This document shows, piece after piece, positions 38,658-48,573 of a DNA stretch of 64,000 bases. The DNA is taken from positions 1,171 to 65,170 of the forward strand of contig CAYVWD010000055.1 in assembly GCA_964455405.1 (NCBI GenBank). The letters are read 5' to 3'. This DNA is from an uncultured Candidatus Nitrosopelagicus sp. GTDB taxonomy: Archaea > Thermoproteota > Nitrososphaeria > Nitrososphaerales > Nitrosopumilaceae. The position numbers and the translations under genes were made by a program. The notes beneath the pieces were generated by a model that saw only the letters and a program-made list of their open reading frames with translations, ran no database searches and was not told the origin of the DNA. Position 1 is the stretch's first letter. Every line of letters starts with the position of its first letter.

Positions 38658-40102
38658 TATTCCATGACTACGACATCTTTAACATCTCCATTCCATTTTC
38701 CTTTCCACGGCCATTTAGCATCTGTATAAGCATTTGCTAACCATTCTGTACTAGGTGCTAGTGGTTGTATAACCCATGATACCCCATTGTATTTAAAGAT
38801 ATAACAGTATTCATATTTACTACCGGGCTTCCCACATTCCCAATTGACCCACATAGGATGGCCATCAAAGTAACCATCAAAGTAATAGTCACCAGTATAA
38901 CTACTTTCCTTATGAGCCACCTTTAACCAGTATGGTGGTTCAGTAGTAGAGTAATTATTAGAAGTAGTGTTATTACTACTAGTGGTATTATTCCCTAAAA
39001 AATCAACCGTTTCCTGCAAGGAATATACTTGATTCCTTAAGTCATTAATCTCAAAATAGAATTGTTCCATAGTCCAATGAAACTCTTCCCGTAGCATATC
39101 CTCAAACTCATTGAACCTATGGTCACTTGTAGTATCAGTTTGAGTTGTAGCTAAGGCTTTTTCAACATCCTTTATCCTCCCCTCCACATTATTTTTAATA
39201 CTCTGTAAATCTTTTACTAAACTATCTACCCTAGCATCTTTGATAGGTTGGTTACTAATAGAAGTAATCTTTCCCTGTAAGGTGCTAATATCATTCTGCA
39301 AAGTTCTGATAGAGTTCTTTAAGCTTGTATCATCATATGTAGTTCCCCTATCTCTCTGCAATGCTTGAATGTCACTTCTAAGGTTTCTAAGGTCATTCCT
39401 GATAGATGAATCATCATAAGGATTTTCTACTCTCGTTGTGCTTGAACTACCACTACTGCTCCCTACACTATTAAGTCTACGCTCTATATCAGATATATCA
39501 GACGTAACTGTTCTAATGCTGGCCCTTAAAGAAGAATCATCATACGATTGGGCGGGCCTAGAACTACTTCGCTCCACTGTATTTATCTGACTCTGAATAG
39601 AACCTAATGTATTCTTTATTCCTTGCACTGCCCCCTCCACAGAAGCTATCTGCATTACTAGAGAGGATATATCCACATCCCCATTAGAGTCCATCTCAAT
39701 ATTAGCTAAGGCGTTTAAAGAACCATCCAATTCCGCAATACGACTTCGTATATATGAATCATCATATTCCTCCCCACCAAAATCTATTCCTTCTAATCTA
39801 GTACGTAGTTCCACTAAATTAACATCTAGTTCCTGAAGCCTATCAGTTATAAAGGCATCATCATATTCCTCAGGAATGTATAGATTATCTATAGCGTTCC
39901 AGACATTAGTGTCATCATATCTTAATGGAATAGCAGCGAACCGTTCTTCCATAGATGTGTTAACTGTTTTTTGATTAGCCACTTCTGTCTTCACATTTTC
40001 AACATCAGTTTTAAAGTTAACTCCAAATGTAATTCCTCCCACCAATAGACCCACTATAGGAATGGCCCCTGTCACCAACCCCACAGTTTGTTTGATATTC
40101 AT
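38657..40102 (-). CDS. Membrane-anchored coiled-coil protein with six YDD(S/T/A) repeats and an aromatic C-terminal domain
   Basis: N-terminal TM helix; repeats read directly. Confidence 0.65.
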   Translation of the reverse strand: MNIKQTVGLVTGAIPIVGLLVGGITFGVNFKTDVENVKTEVANQKTVNTSMEERFAAIPLRYDDTNVWNAIDNLYIPEEYDDAFITDRLQELDVNLVELRTRLEGIDFGGEEYDDSYIRSRIAELDGSLNALANIEMDSNGDVDISSLVMQIASVEGAVQGIKNTLGSIQSQINTVERSSSRPAQSYDDSSLRASIRTVTSDISDIERRLNSVGSSSGSSSTTRVENPYDDSSIRNDLRNLRSDIQALQRDRGTTYDDTSLKNSIRTLQNDISTLQGKITSISNQPIKDARVDSLVKDLQSIKNNVEGRIKDVEKALATTQTDTTSDHRFNEFEDMLREEFHWTMEQFYFEINDLRNQVYSLQETVDFLGNNTTSSNNTTSNNYSTTEPPYWLKVAHKESSYTGDYYFDGYFDGHPMWVNWECGKPGSKYEYCYIFKYNGVSWVIQPLAPSTEWLANAYTDAKWPWKGKWNGDVKDVVVME

Positions 40103-40127
40103 TTATATTCCTTTTAAATAACTTGGT

Positions 40128-40583
40128 CTAATGCATAGTCTCGACTTTCTGTTCCTGTACCTCTTTCTGTTTTTCCATAATATCTTCAAGGTCACTAAAT
40201 GTCAGTGGCCTATTTGGATTTGCTTCCAATGCCCCTACTGGCCCGTAAATTCCTGAGAGCTTCCAATCCCTAGCACATATTACTTGTTCTCCAACTATAG
40301 ATATCATAAAACCCCCATTTGCTATATCTGGAGATACCATTTCTACCTTCCACGGAAAACAATGATATTCCGATTCTGGTATTGGAGTTGGTTCCATCAC
40401 CACTACTTTTTCTACTTCTACTATTTTTTCTACTTCAACAACTACAACCTCTGGAGTAGGGAAGGGTTCCCACGCAATCTCTTGCGGTTGGTTTCCTACC
40501 AGCCCACACCCCAATATTGTTAAAGCAGCTACTATACTTATTGCTATCAATAAGGAACCTATTACTATTCTGCTCATATTCAC
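40128..40583 (-). CDS. Putative lipoprotein
   Basis: Signal helix ending in ILGC (lipobox); PTPEVVVVEVEKIVEVEKVV..PTP. Confidence 0.6.
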   Translation of the reverse strand: MNMSRIVIGSLLIAISIVAALTILGCGLVGNQPQEIAWEPFPTPEVVVVEVEKIVEVEKVVVMEPTPIPESEYHCFPWKVEMVSPDIANGGFMISIVGEQVICARDWKLSGIYGPVGALEANPNRPLTFSDLEDIMEKQKEVQEQKVETMH

Positions 40584-40827
40584 CTCATTTTATTACCAAC
40601 ACCCATATTCCAATTGCTACCAAGATATCTGCCGATGCAGCGATATACATCCCGTATAACATTAATTTTTCTGCTCTAGTCATTTTCTCATACCTCTTAA
40701 TGAAATGGACATACCCAAGAAATCGTTCCACCTACCGTAATATCGCTTGCCTGAAAAGCTGGGATAAATGCTCCCACCACAACTAGAACTATTGCTATAC
40801 TAAATAAACCTAATACTAAGAATTGAG

Positions 40828-42593
40828 TCATCTCTGTCCTAAGGACACATCCAATTTTTCTCTAGTATTAATTGATTGGGTCTTTACTTTATCCAACCAA
40901 GTCGTATCTGGTATTTCGCCCAAAGTGTAATAATACATTTTTAAATTAGTGATGCCAGCCATATATCCTCTTTGATAACCATCCGAATCTCTCAAATATG
41001 CTAATTCAGTCATCGTAGTTTTACCTAGCATCTTCTTTGCAAAGAAATTAATTATGATTCCAGCCACTACCCAAGACCCTACTAATGTTAAGAATAATGT
41101 CATTTCCCCTCCTCAGACCCTTTTATCAAGTCTAATTTTGCGTCAAATAAACTACCCCATACTTCTCTTTCAAACAAATGTGTATCACCCTCATTAATTC
41201 TTTCAAACCACTTGTCTACAGTTTCGGCTATAGATTGGCCTGTGACTGTAAAGTATACCTTAGTTATAGGATTAGGAGCTGTAAGCTTCCATAGAGTCCG
41301 TATGTCCTCTCCTTTCTCCCTACCACCTCTAAATTCAACATCCCAAGAGATATTCATTATCTCTATCATTGCTAACCTATCTGCGTTTGTTACAGCATAT
41401 CCCATTAATTCCTCTCCATACCCTTTACCATTTGAGCTATTAATTCTTTAGCTGCGTCCTGTTCCTGTTCATATTCTTTATACTTTAAGGATAAGACATA
41501 ATACTCTTCACCTAATGTTTCTCGTTCCTGTTCTACAGTAGCCAACTGTAATTTTAAATCATCTATTATTGTAGGCATATCAGCAAATTCTACCTCTAGT
41601 TTTTTAATCTTGGCAAGAGCTGATTCCTTACTTCGTTTCAATTCATCTGTCGTTGTCCTTAGGATATCTCGTTCTTGCTTTAATCCTTCAATCTGCCCCC
41701 GCAATTTATTAATAGTTTCTAATGCATTATTAGGAGCTGGAACAGGTTTCGGTTGTTTATTCATAGTAGACATAAGAGCCTCAAGAAACTGTTTTAATAC
41801 GTTCAATATGTTCCTCCTCATTTGGGTCACGAAATTTAACTATCCCATTATATTTAGACTTGATGAAAAATTGAACTGCAACCATTGAATCAAATATTGT
41901 ATGTTGTACATTTATATATCCCTCTTGACCTATTGATACTAAATACTGATTCTCAGGATACTTATGAATATACACATTAAAGATATTATGAAGACACTTA
42001 ATACCTTCTTTCTTCCAACAATGATACGTAGTATCCCATTTAAAAACTATATCTGTCATACTTCTCCTTCTCTCAGTGGCTAAAGAACCCCCTAATAGTT
42101 TCGGTTAGGGGGCCTTTAGAGATAGGAATCACCCCCTTTTATTCTGGAAGTTCTATTTCATCCAAGAAGTCAATTACGGCTTGTGCCAGTTCGTCAATTT
42201 CCTGAACTACCTTATCCTTATCTGATGCAGAGATATGCCCATCTTGTGATACATGGGCTACCGTTGCTCCCACTTCTAAAAATCTATTTACTAACTCTTT
42301 GCCATTACGTTTACCTGAAAAATAATTTAATGATATTAGTGTGAAAAGATACCTACAGATTTTCATTAATCCTCCTCCCACTTTACCCAAGTTCCTTCAG
42401 GCAAATGGGGTTTAATATCTGGTGGCATGATGAATACATCTGATGGACTCATAACTTCAGTATTAGCTAATGCAACAGTTCTTTCTAACAATTCTTCCAA
42501 TCCTGCTACTGGCCCAATCAAACTACCATATACTTCAAACCACCCCAACCAATTACGCAACAAGTTTCTCATCTGTTCTTCTTTGCTCATCAT
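40828..42593 (-). other. Six small hypothetical CDSs (40828-41103, 41100-41405, 41405-41830, 41781-42059, 42139-42390, 42366-42593)
   Basis: Packed minus-strand ORFs; some TM or coiled-coil. Confidence 0.5.
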
Positions 42594-42885
42594 TCACTAC
42601 TCCTAAAACTAAACATACACTATCATAATGTGCCTGACATAACCATATTTGAGTGCCTCCACAACCAAATGAAAAAACTTTTGCTGAATTGTTCTTACAA
42701 TTATTCGCTTCGCACTTTCTCATCCACTCCTCCTTTTATAAAATCACTTACTTTAATTGAAGTAGATATTTTAATGGGTTGTCTAATAGGATTAGACCCA
42801 CATTTTACACAATGCCCACCAATATGTCCACGCCAATTCCACCCACATGCCCCACAATTAAAATCTATAATTCCCATATGCCCTC

Positions 42886-43095
42886 CTATAATAAATATTT
42901 CTTGACTATTTTAAGCTTGAAAAATCCAGCAACACACACACTAAATATAGCTCCTGCGAAAAGGATAATTAATACATTTATATCTGTATGTCTTCCTGCA
43001 AGCACTAACGCAAAATCTTCAAAAAAATGGAGAATCCCTACGAATATCGAAGCTATTCCAAATTTAGCTACGCCATGTTTGTGAAATAATCCCAT
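42886..43095 (-). CDS. Small two-TM membrane protein
   Basis: Two hydrophobic helices around HFFED. Confidence 0.55.
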   Translation of the reverse strand: MGLFHKHGVAKFGIASIFVGILHFFEDFALVLAGRHTDINVLIILFAGAIFSVCVAGFFKLKIVKKYLL

Positions 43096-43739
43096 TAGTC
43101 CTCCTTATATTGTACTAAATATTTCCAACTTATTGGGAACATTCTAGCACAATATTCTGATATCTGTCTAGCAATTTCTTGAGTTTCTTCTTGAGCATCT
43201 GGAGTTAACCGTAAATTACACACTCTTGCAAAAGCAGCTAAAGAACCTGTCCAGTACCATTCCGTATATGTAGATAGTGGTAATACCATCCTAGCTTGTT
43301 CTGGAGCTACTCCTTGGTCAAGTAAACTTTGATACAGTTCCTTAGCAAAATCATTTAGTATTTTAATGTTAGAATCATCAAAAGCAGAGATATCCATAAA
43401 GCCAGTAGAACCCTGCTTGGCATTCACTGGCTTCCCTCTCCATTGCCCTTGAGGAACTACATATAACTCAGGCTCATAATCTACATAGCGTCTACTAACT
43501 TCATTCCAAACCAATCCTATCTGATGTTTCACTAATTGACGGGCAACAAAAATGGGCGATGAAATCCTAAATTGCAATTGGGGATGCCCGAAAGGAGTCC
43601 AATGCCCATGTTGAGCCAAGTATCGTATTAATTTTTCGTCTGAATCCTCAAACTGAGAATGTTCTTTATTGAAGGAAACTCTTGCTGCATTCACTACTGT
43701 TAAGTCTGTACCTAACGTATCTATTAACTCTACTCTCAT
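43095..43739 (-). CDS. thyX: FAD-dependent thymidylate synthase
   Basis: VVNAARVSF, HWTPF, RQLVKH...NEVSRRY, PEQARMVLP and LR...AQ.E. Confidence 0.95.
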   Translation of the reverse strand: MRVELIDTLGTDLTVVNAARVSFNKEHSQFEDSDEKLIRYLAQHGHWTPFGHPQLQFRISSPIFVARQLVKHQIGLVWNEVSRRYVDYEPELYVVPQGQWRGKPVNAKQGSTGFMDISAFDDSNIKILNDFAKELYQSLLDQGVAPEQARMVLPLSTYTEWYWTGSLAAFARVCNLRLTPDAQEETQEIARQISEYCARMFPISWKYLVQYKED

Positions 43740-43756
43740 CTTCCCTCCGTGATTGA

Positions 43757-43906
43757 TTAAGCTTCTTCTTCCTCCTGATGTTCACATGTATCACACTCAC
43801 ACTCTACACAATCACATTCTCTCTTTTCCCCAAAATCTGCTTTGTCACAAGTACATTGTAGACAAGAACATTGAGGGTCTTTAGGCCATAGTTTTAATTG
43901 TACCAT
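43757..43906 (-). CDS. Metallothionein-like 49-aa Cys-rich peptide (not in ORF track)
   Basis: MVQLKLWPKDPQCSCLQCTCDKADFGEKRECDCVECECDTCEHQEEEEA; SD GAGGAGG. Confidence 0.65.
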   Translation of the reverse strand: MVQLKLWPKDPQCSCLQCTCDKADFGEKRECDCVECECDTCEHQEEEEA

Positions 43907-43915
43907 ACATCCTCC

Positions 43916-44065
43916 TCACTCTTTCTCTAAAATTTTCATTCCTAACGCCCCCATTAAAGTAATACATCCAGTAGCAATTTCATTCATTCCTGCATGTATC
44001 CCATAAAAAGCAAGCCCCCCTAAGATTAGGAGGCTAACTAAAATTTGTGGGCGTATAATGGTCAT
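43916..44065 (-). CDS. 49-aa two-TM, holin-like peptide (not in ORF track)
   Basis: MTIIRPQILVSLLILGGLAFYGIHAGMNEIATGCITLMGALGMKILEKE. Confidence 0.55.
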   Translation of the reverse strand: MTIIRPQILVSLLILGGLAFYGIHAGMNEIATGCITLMGALGMKILEKE

Positions 44066-44229
44066 CACCAGTATTTATATTTATTCCAAGGATATTGTTC
44101 GTGCTCTCGTTCATGTCTTGCCTTCTCCCTATCTACATCACTAAATCGCCTTTCACTAGTTGCAATCATATATCCTAAAACCCAACAAATGCCTAAGAAA
44201 AGGCCACTAAGGATAATCACTTCTACCAT
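44065..44229 (-). CDS. 54-aa single-TM peptide (not in ORF track)
   Basis: MVEVIILSGLFLGICWVLGYMIAT...; AGGAGG upstream; follows TAGTATAATA. Confidence 0.5.
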   Translation of the reverse strand: MVEVIILSGLFLGICWVLGYMIATSERRFSDVDREKARHEREHEQYPWNKYKYW

Positions 44230-44268
44230 ATATATAAAGCCCTCCTAATAATACTAATTGGTTATTAG

Positions 44269-44278
44269 TATTATACTA
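44269..44278 (-). promoter_or_regulatory. Putative late promoter motif TAGTATAATA
   Basis: Exact motif copy in an intergenic gap. Confidence 0.6.
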
Positions 44279-44334
44279 TCGAATAACCAAAAATAGGAGG
44301 ACTTTCTCATTGCATTATTGAATATTTAATATCC

Positions 44335-44694
44335 TTATTGATTCCAATTCATCCACCCAAATCCTTGTCCTGCTTGTCCTTGTGCCCAAGGTTTATAAGG
44401 TGCCTGTCCTAGTCTAGCCTGTTCACCTGCTTTTTTCGCATCCCCCACAGCTTGTTTTATAGGGTCTTTTTGATTATCTCTTACTGTGTCAGCAACTGCC
44501 CAACCCAGTGCATCAGCAAATCCTTGACCAATGCCTTGAGCCTCATTACCACCACCCTGTGAAACTTCTGAAGCTCCACGCAGGGCTGTATCACGAATGC
44601 CTTGCTGCACAGCTGCACCACGTTGCCTACTTGCATCAACCCTATTAGGGTCAGCTTTAAACAACTTATCTAACATTTTATATATACTTGACAT
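44335..44694 (-). CDS. G/Q/A-rich putative internal head protein
   Basis: LFKA motif near the N-terminus; located in the head module. Confidence 0.5.
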   Translation of the reverse strand: MSSIYKMLDKLFKADPNRVDASRQRGAAVQQGIRDTALRGASEVSQGGGNEAQGIGQGFADALGWAVADTVRDNQKDPIKQAVGDAKKAGEQARLGQAPYKPWAQGQAGQGFGWMNWNQ

Positions 44695-45699
44695 CTATCC
44701 TCCAAACTGCATTATTTTCAATAAAGCTTTTTCTACACTAAATGAAGTTAATGGCCCAGCACTACGTTGTGGAATTTTATCAGTTACAGATGGGCCAGTA
44801 CGTGGCCTTCGTGGATGGGCTGGTGTACCGGGTAAAAATTCCCCTGTCTTTGATTTATGGTCTTCAGGACTACTGGCTGCATCTGCGTCATGTCCATAGG
44901 GATAGCGTTGATGATAGTCTGGAACTTCTTCACTGAATCCCATTCGCACACCTCTTTTTCCCTCTTTTCCACCACCACCTCTACCTGCCCGTCCTGTAGG
45001 CTCATCTAGCCCTTGTACAGATGGCCTATCTTCTATAGTTTCTACATCATCAAATATGCCGGGTTTGTTTTGTAATTCTTCAATTTCTTCAGCCGTCATT
45101 CCAGCACTACCAGCTTTCATTAATTTCAATAAGCTTTGCTCAATGTCACCACGGCGTTTCATTTCTTTAATTTCTTTGTCTGTAGGAGTTATATACCCAG
45201 ACTGCTTTTGCGGTAACCGCCCCCTATCCTCAGCAGATGCTCTAGTAGATGGGGTAGGTGGAGCTGTCATACCTTCTTCTTGCTTTATAGACAATTCTGT
45301 CTCACCTAAGTCACTAGGCATTTTACTACGTTCCCGTGTTTGGAAATTCTTAGCGGGTTTAATTCTTTCTGGCATTGGAGCATTTCTCTTTCTATCATGC
45401 TGTTGTACTTGACGATTAACATTTCTATGCGGGTCATCAAAATCACCAATTGCTTTATCATATTCAACAGGGCCTGTTGGGTTATTAGGGTCTACAAGGT
45501 GTCCTGTGCGAATCGGACTATGTTTTCCACGCCCTGTATAATCTACGTTTTGCTCTTGAGGCTTCCCCTTACGTCTAGGGTCATATTTATGTCCGCCACC
45601 TCCTGTACCCTTACTCAATTCCTTTTTTAATAAAGGCAAAGACTTTTTCATATCTGCTAATATCTCTAAGGTTTTATCAAAGTCATTCTTAATTTCCAT
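44695..45699 (-). CDS. Disordered putative internal head protein
   Basis: Repeated LLKLMKA / VEKALLKIM / LSKG motifs separated by low-complexity segments. Confidence 0.55.
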   Translation of the reverse strand: MEIKNDFDKTLEILADMKKSLPLLKKELSKGTGGGGHKYDPRRKGKPQEQNVDYTGRGKHSPIRTGHLVDPNNPTGPVEYDKAIGDFDDPHRNVNRQVQQHDRKRNAPMPERIKPAKNFQTRERSKMPSDLGETELSIKQEEGMTAPPTPSTRASAEDRGRLPQKQSGYITPTDKEIKEMKRRGDIEQSLLKLMKAGSAGMTAEEIEELQNKPGIFDDVETIEDRPSVQGLDEPTGRAGRGGGGKEGKRGVRMGFSEEVPDYHQRYPYGHDADAASSPEDHKSKTGEFLPGTPAHPRRPRTGPSVTDKIPQRSAGPLTSFSVEKALLKIMQFGG

Positions 45700-45714
45700 A
45701 TTACGCTCCCATTT

Positions 45715-48573
45715 CTATTGAAGATTAAACATTTTAGCGAGTATCCTAGCTTTCTTTAATGAGTGTTCAAGCCCTGTATCATAATCCGGTTCAATTGGAG
45801 GCAGCAAAGGATTCTTCTTACCAGTACCCCATTGCTTTGGAGGAGGATTAAAGGGGCCAGAAGGACTTGGCGTAGGAACTCTAGAAGGAGAAACTTTCCT
45901 ACCTGTACCACCTGTACTGCCAAATTCGCTCCCACCCATAGGTGCATTGTCTCCCCCATAGGGTAGAGTCTCTTGAGGTGTCATAGGTTTATTTCCGCTA
46001 CCCGCAGGAACAAAAGCATTACCTGCTGGAGCTTTAGCATGGTGAGCAGCATATTCACCTACTTGCCGATGTATGTCATCTGCTAGATGTGCATACTTAG
46101 GATTAATTACGTAATCCCAATCTTTACCATGCCCATCCCAAAAATCATTAGCATGTAACGTATCATTTAACTTACCACCCACATGTTTACCATAACGTAC
46201 ATTAAAGATAGCATCGCCACCATGTTGATTCCATCCTAAGCGTTGTAAGTTTTCTAAGAAATCTCCATGAGTAGCATGTCCTCTTCGTTGAATCTCATCA
46301 TTATGTGCTTGGAAGTCCGCATGGTGTTCGTCCCAACTCTTAGTGCGTCCAGCAGCACCACCGGGCATAACAAAATTCCCAGCCATAGTTTTATCTTGTT
46401 GGTGTTCTTCCTTGGTACGTCCTCGCCGTAAAAGAATATCTCTTGTATCTTGAGCAACTTTACCTTTATTTCTTTGGAAAGCACGGGCTGCTCGTTGTAA
46501 GGGACTTTTACGTCTAGCTGAGTCAGCTCTTCCCTGTTCCTTACGTTCTGACTCCCGAAGAGCTTGTTGTCTTGCTCTGTTATCAGCCTCCCATTTGCTA
46601 CCACCGGGTAGATTGCTTGCACGTTCACTCTCTAAATGTGCCACATGTTTAGCATGTAACCTTTGATATTCCTTCTCATGTCTCCCATCTGCAACAGAAG
46701 GATTCAATGACCCATCTGCAATCTTACCTCGCCTATTTGCTACAAACTCTCTAAAGGCAGGGCCACTAGTTCCATGTACGTCCATTGCCTCGTTAATGTG
46801 GTTCCGTTCATTCCTCTCTTGTTTTTCTTTTTCCCAAGCCTCATCCCTTGAGGCTGGAGAAAATTGTTGCCACCATTTAGCCCTACCGGATGACTGTGGT
46901 GCTTCCGCCTCTGGTGTTCTAGCCCTCCTAAATTCATCTTGAGCTTGTCGCCCTCTGCTTATACGCTGTTCCCGGGTGGCGGTGGGCCTCCGTAAATTCG
47001 CCCTACGAGCATCTGCCTCAGCCCTTGCAATCTCTTCAAGATGGGGGGGAAGACCTGAACCTGTCCTCGTTGTAGATTCAGGGCGTGGCCTATGTCGTTG
47101 TCTTGCAGGAACAGGTGACCTTGGTGTAGGCCATCTGGATTTAGTAGGCCCACTCTGCAACCTACCTGTATCTGGATTTCTTTGGAAGGCGGGGTCTTCC
47201 CTAAACCTACGGAACCTTTCCCCAATCCGTCTAGCCAACGAAGGTCTTTGAGGTCTTCTTTTTGGTGCTTTTTCTAAAAAGACATCTCCCATTTTCTGTA
47301 CAGCGTCACCTGACTTACGATTCTTAGCTTTAGCAGATTGATGATAATCTGGCGAATCCTCATCAAGCTTTTCACCCAAGTCTTGTCCAGCCTCATTAAC
47401 AACCCAAGGTGGACGTATCTTGATAGGTTTCCCATCATCATCAGTTTCAGTTTCTATAACAGGATTATAACGTGCTGACTCAGCAGGTTGTTCTGAAGGG
47501 AACCCATACTCTCTTAATAACTGATGGTGTTCAGCTTCACGGCCAGCAAAATTTTGAAGTGTTGCTAAAGATTCTTTAGATTGTAATGGGTCTTTAGCAG
47601 TTTCGGCTTTAGACATCCACATATCAAATGATTTTTTAAAGTCTACTTTATTATTATGTCTCATAACTAACACTACCTTTTTTGGTTCGGGAGCTGTATC
47701 AACCATTAATGTTCTAGGAGCAAAAATCTTACACCAATCGCCCGGTTGAATATCACCAGATACTGTATCACATGTTTTATCTTCAGCATTAAAGAATTTA
47801 CAATGCCCACAGTTTTCACCACGCATTGATTCTTCTTCAGTAGCATCTCTATAGTCACATTGGTCTTTATCTATTTTCCCCGTTTGAGGCATTTCAGCTT
47901 TAAGAAGTTCAAAGCCAGCTTGTTGATTCACGCCTTTCTCACATACTGTTACTTCAGCTAATTCCATATCATCTACTTGCATATACGGAACCAATCCTTT
48001 CTGCATATTTTGTACTTTAAGAGCAGAACCAGCGATGCTATAGGATTTTAATCTACCTTCATTAATCTCTTTCATTACCTTTTCAGAAATTTTGGTATCA
48101 TCCCTTAATTCACATATAAAGAATAATCCTTTATCGTCAACACCACTTTTAAATATCTGCCCACCCTTTGTAATATAGGCTGGCAAAGCCCACCCAACTT
48201 GAACATCAGAATGTAATACCATAGCATTACGAGTTCTAAAATTATCCATGAATTTAGCAAATGCTTTCTTTAAAGCATCAGTAGTAATTAAATGCCCCTC
48301 TCTATCAATTAAGGATACAGAAGCGGGGCCACCAACAACCATAGGTTCATCATCCCCTAAACCTGTAGCAGCTTCAGTATACTGCCTATTCTCAGGAAAT
48401 GCTCTAGCCAATGTTAATTTCTCAGCCTTGGAAGCAATACCAGCTTTGAAGAGTCGTGCAAATTCCTCTAGAGCATCACCAATATCTTGCACAGTAACTT
48501 GCCCACTATCAGCTTTTTCTAGCCAAGTGATACCTTCAAAGGGAGCCATTGCCATTTGTTTTGTTGATATCAT
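45715..48573 (-). CDS. HK97-type prohead (maturation) protease with HiPIP-like insert and long C-terminal extension
   Basis: VVGGPAS..IDREGHLI, MVLHSDVQVG, LKSYSIAG, ELAEVTVCEKGVNQQAGF; start 48573 overlaps the upstream stop. Confidence 0.85.
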   Translation of the reverse strand: MISTKQMAMAPFEGITWLEKADSGQVTVQDIGDALEEFARLFKAGIASKAEKLTLARAFPENRQYTEAATGLGDDEPMVVGGPASVSLIDREGHLITTDALKKAFAKFMDNFRTRNAMVLHSDVQVGWALPAYITKGGQIFKSGVDDKGLFFICELRDDTKISEKVMKEINEGRLKSYSIAGSALKVQNMQKGLVPYMQVDDMELAEVTVCEKGVNQQAGFELLKAEMPQTGKIDKDQCDYRDATEEESMRGENCGHCKFFNAEDKTCDTVSGDIQPGDWCKIFAPRTLMVDTAPEPKKVVLVMRHNNKVDFKKSFDMWMSKAETAKDPLQSKESLATLQNFAGREAEHHQLLREYGFPSEQPAESARYNPVIETETDDDGKPIKIRPPWVVNEAGQDLGEKLDEDSPDYHQSAKAKNRKSGDAVQKMGDVFLEKAPKRRPQRPSLARRIGERFRRFREDPAFQRNPDTGRLQSGPTKSRWPTPRSPVPARQRHRPRPESTTRTGSGLPPHLEEIARAEADARRANLRRPTATREQRISRGRQAQDEFRRARTPEAEAPQSSGRAKWWQQFSPASRDEAWEKEKQERNERNHINEAMDVHGTSGPAFREFVANRRGKIADGSLNPSVADGRHEKEYQRLHAKHVAHLESERASNLPGGSKWEADNRARQQALRESERKEQGRADSARRKSPLQRAARAFQRNKGKVAQDTRDILLRRGRTKEEHQQDKTMAGNFVMPGGAAGRTKSWDEHHADFQAHNDEIQRRGHATHGDFLENLQRLGWNQHGGDAIFNVRYGKHVGGKLNDTLHANDFWDGHGKDWDYVINPKYAHLADDIHRQVGEYAAHHAKAPAGNAFVPAGSGNKPMTPQETLPYGGDNAPMGGSEFGSTGGTGRKVSPSRVPTPSPSGPFNPPPKQWGTGKKNPLLPPIEPDYDTGLEHSLKKARILAKMFNLQ

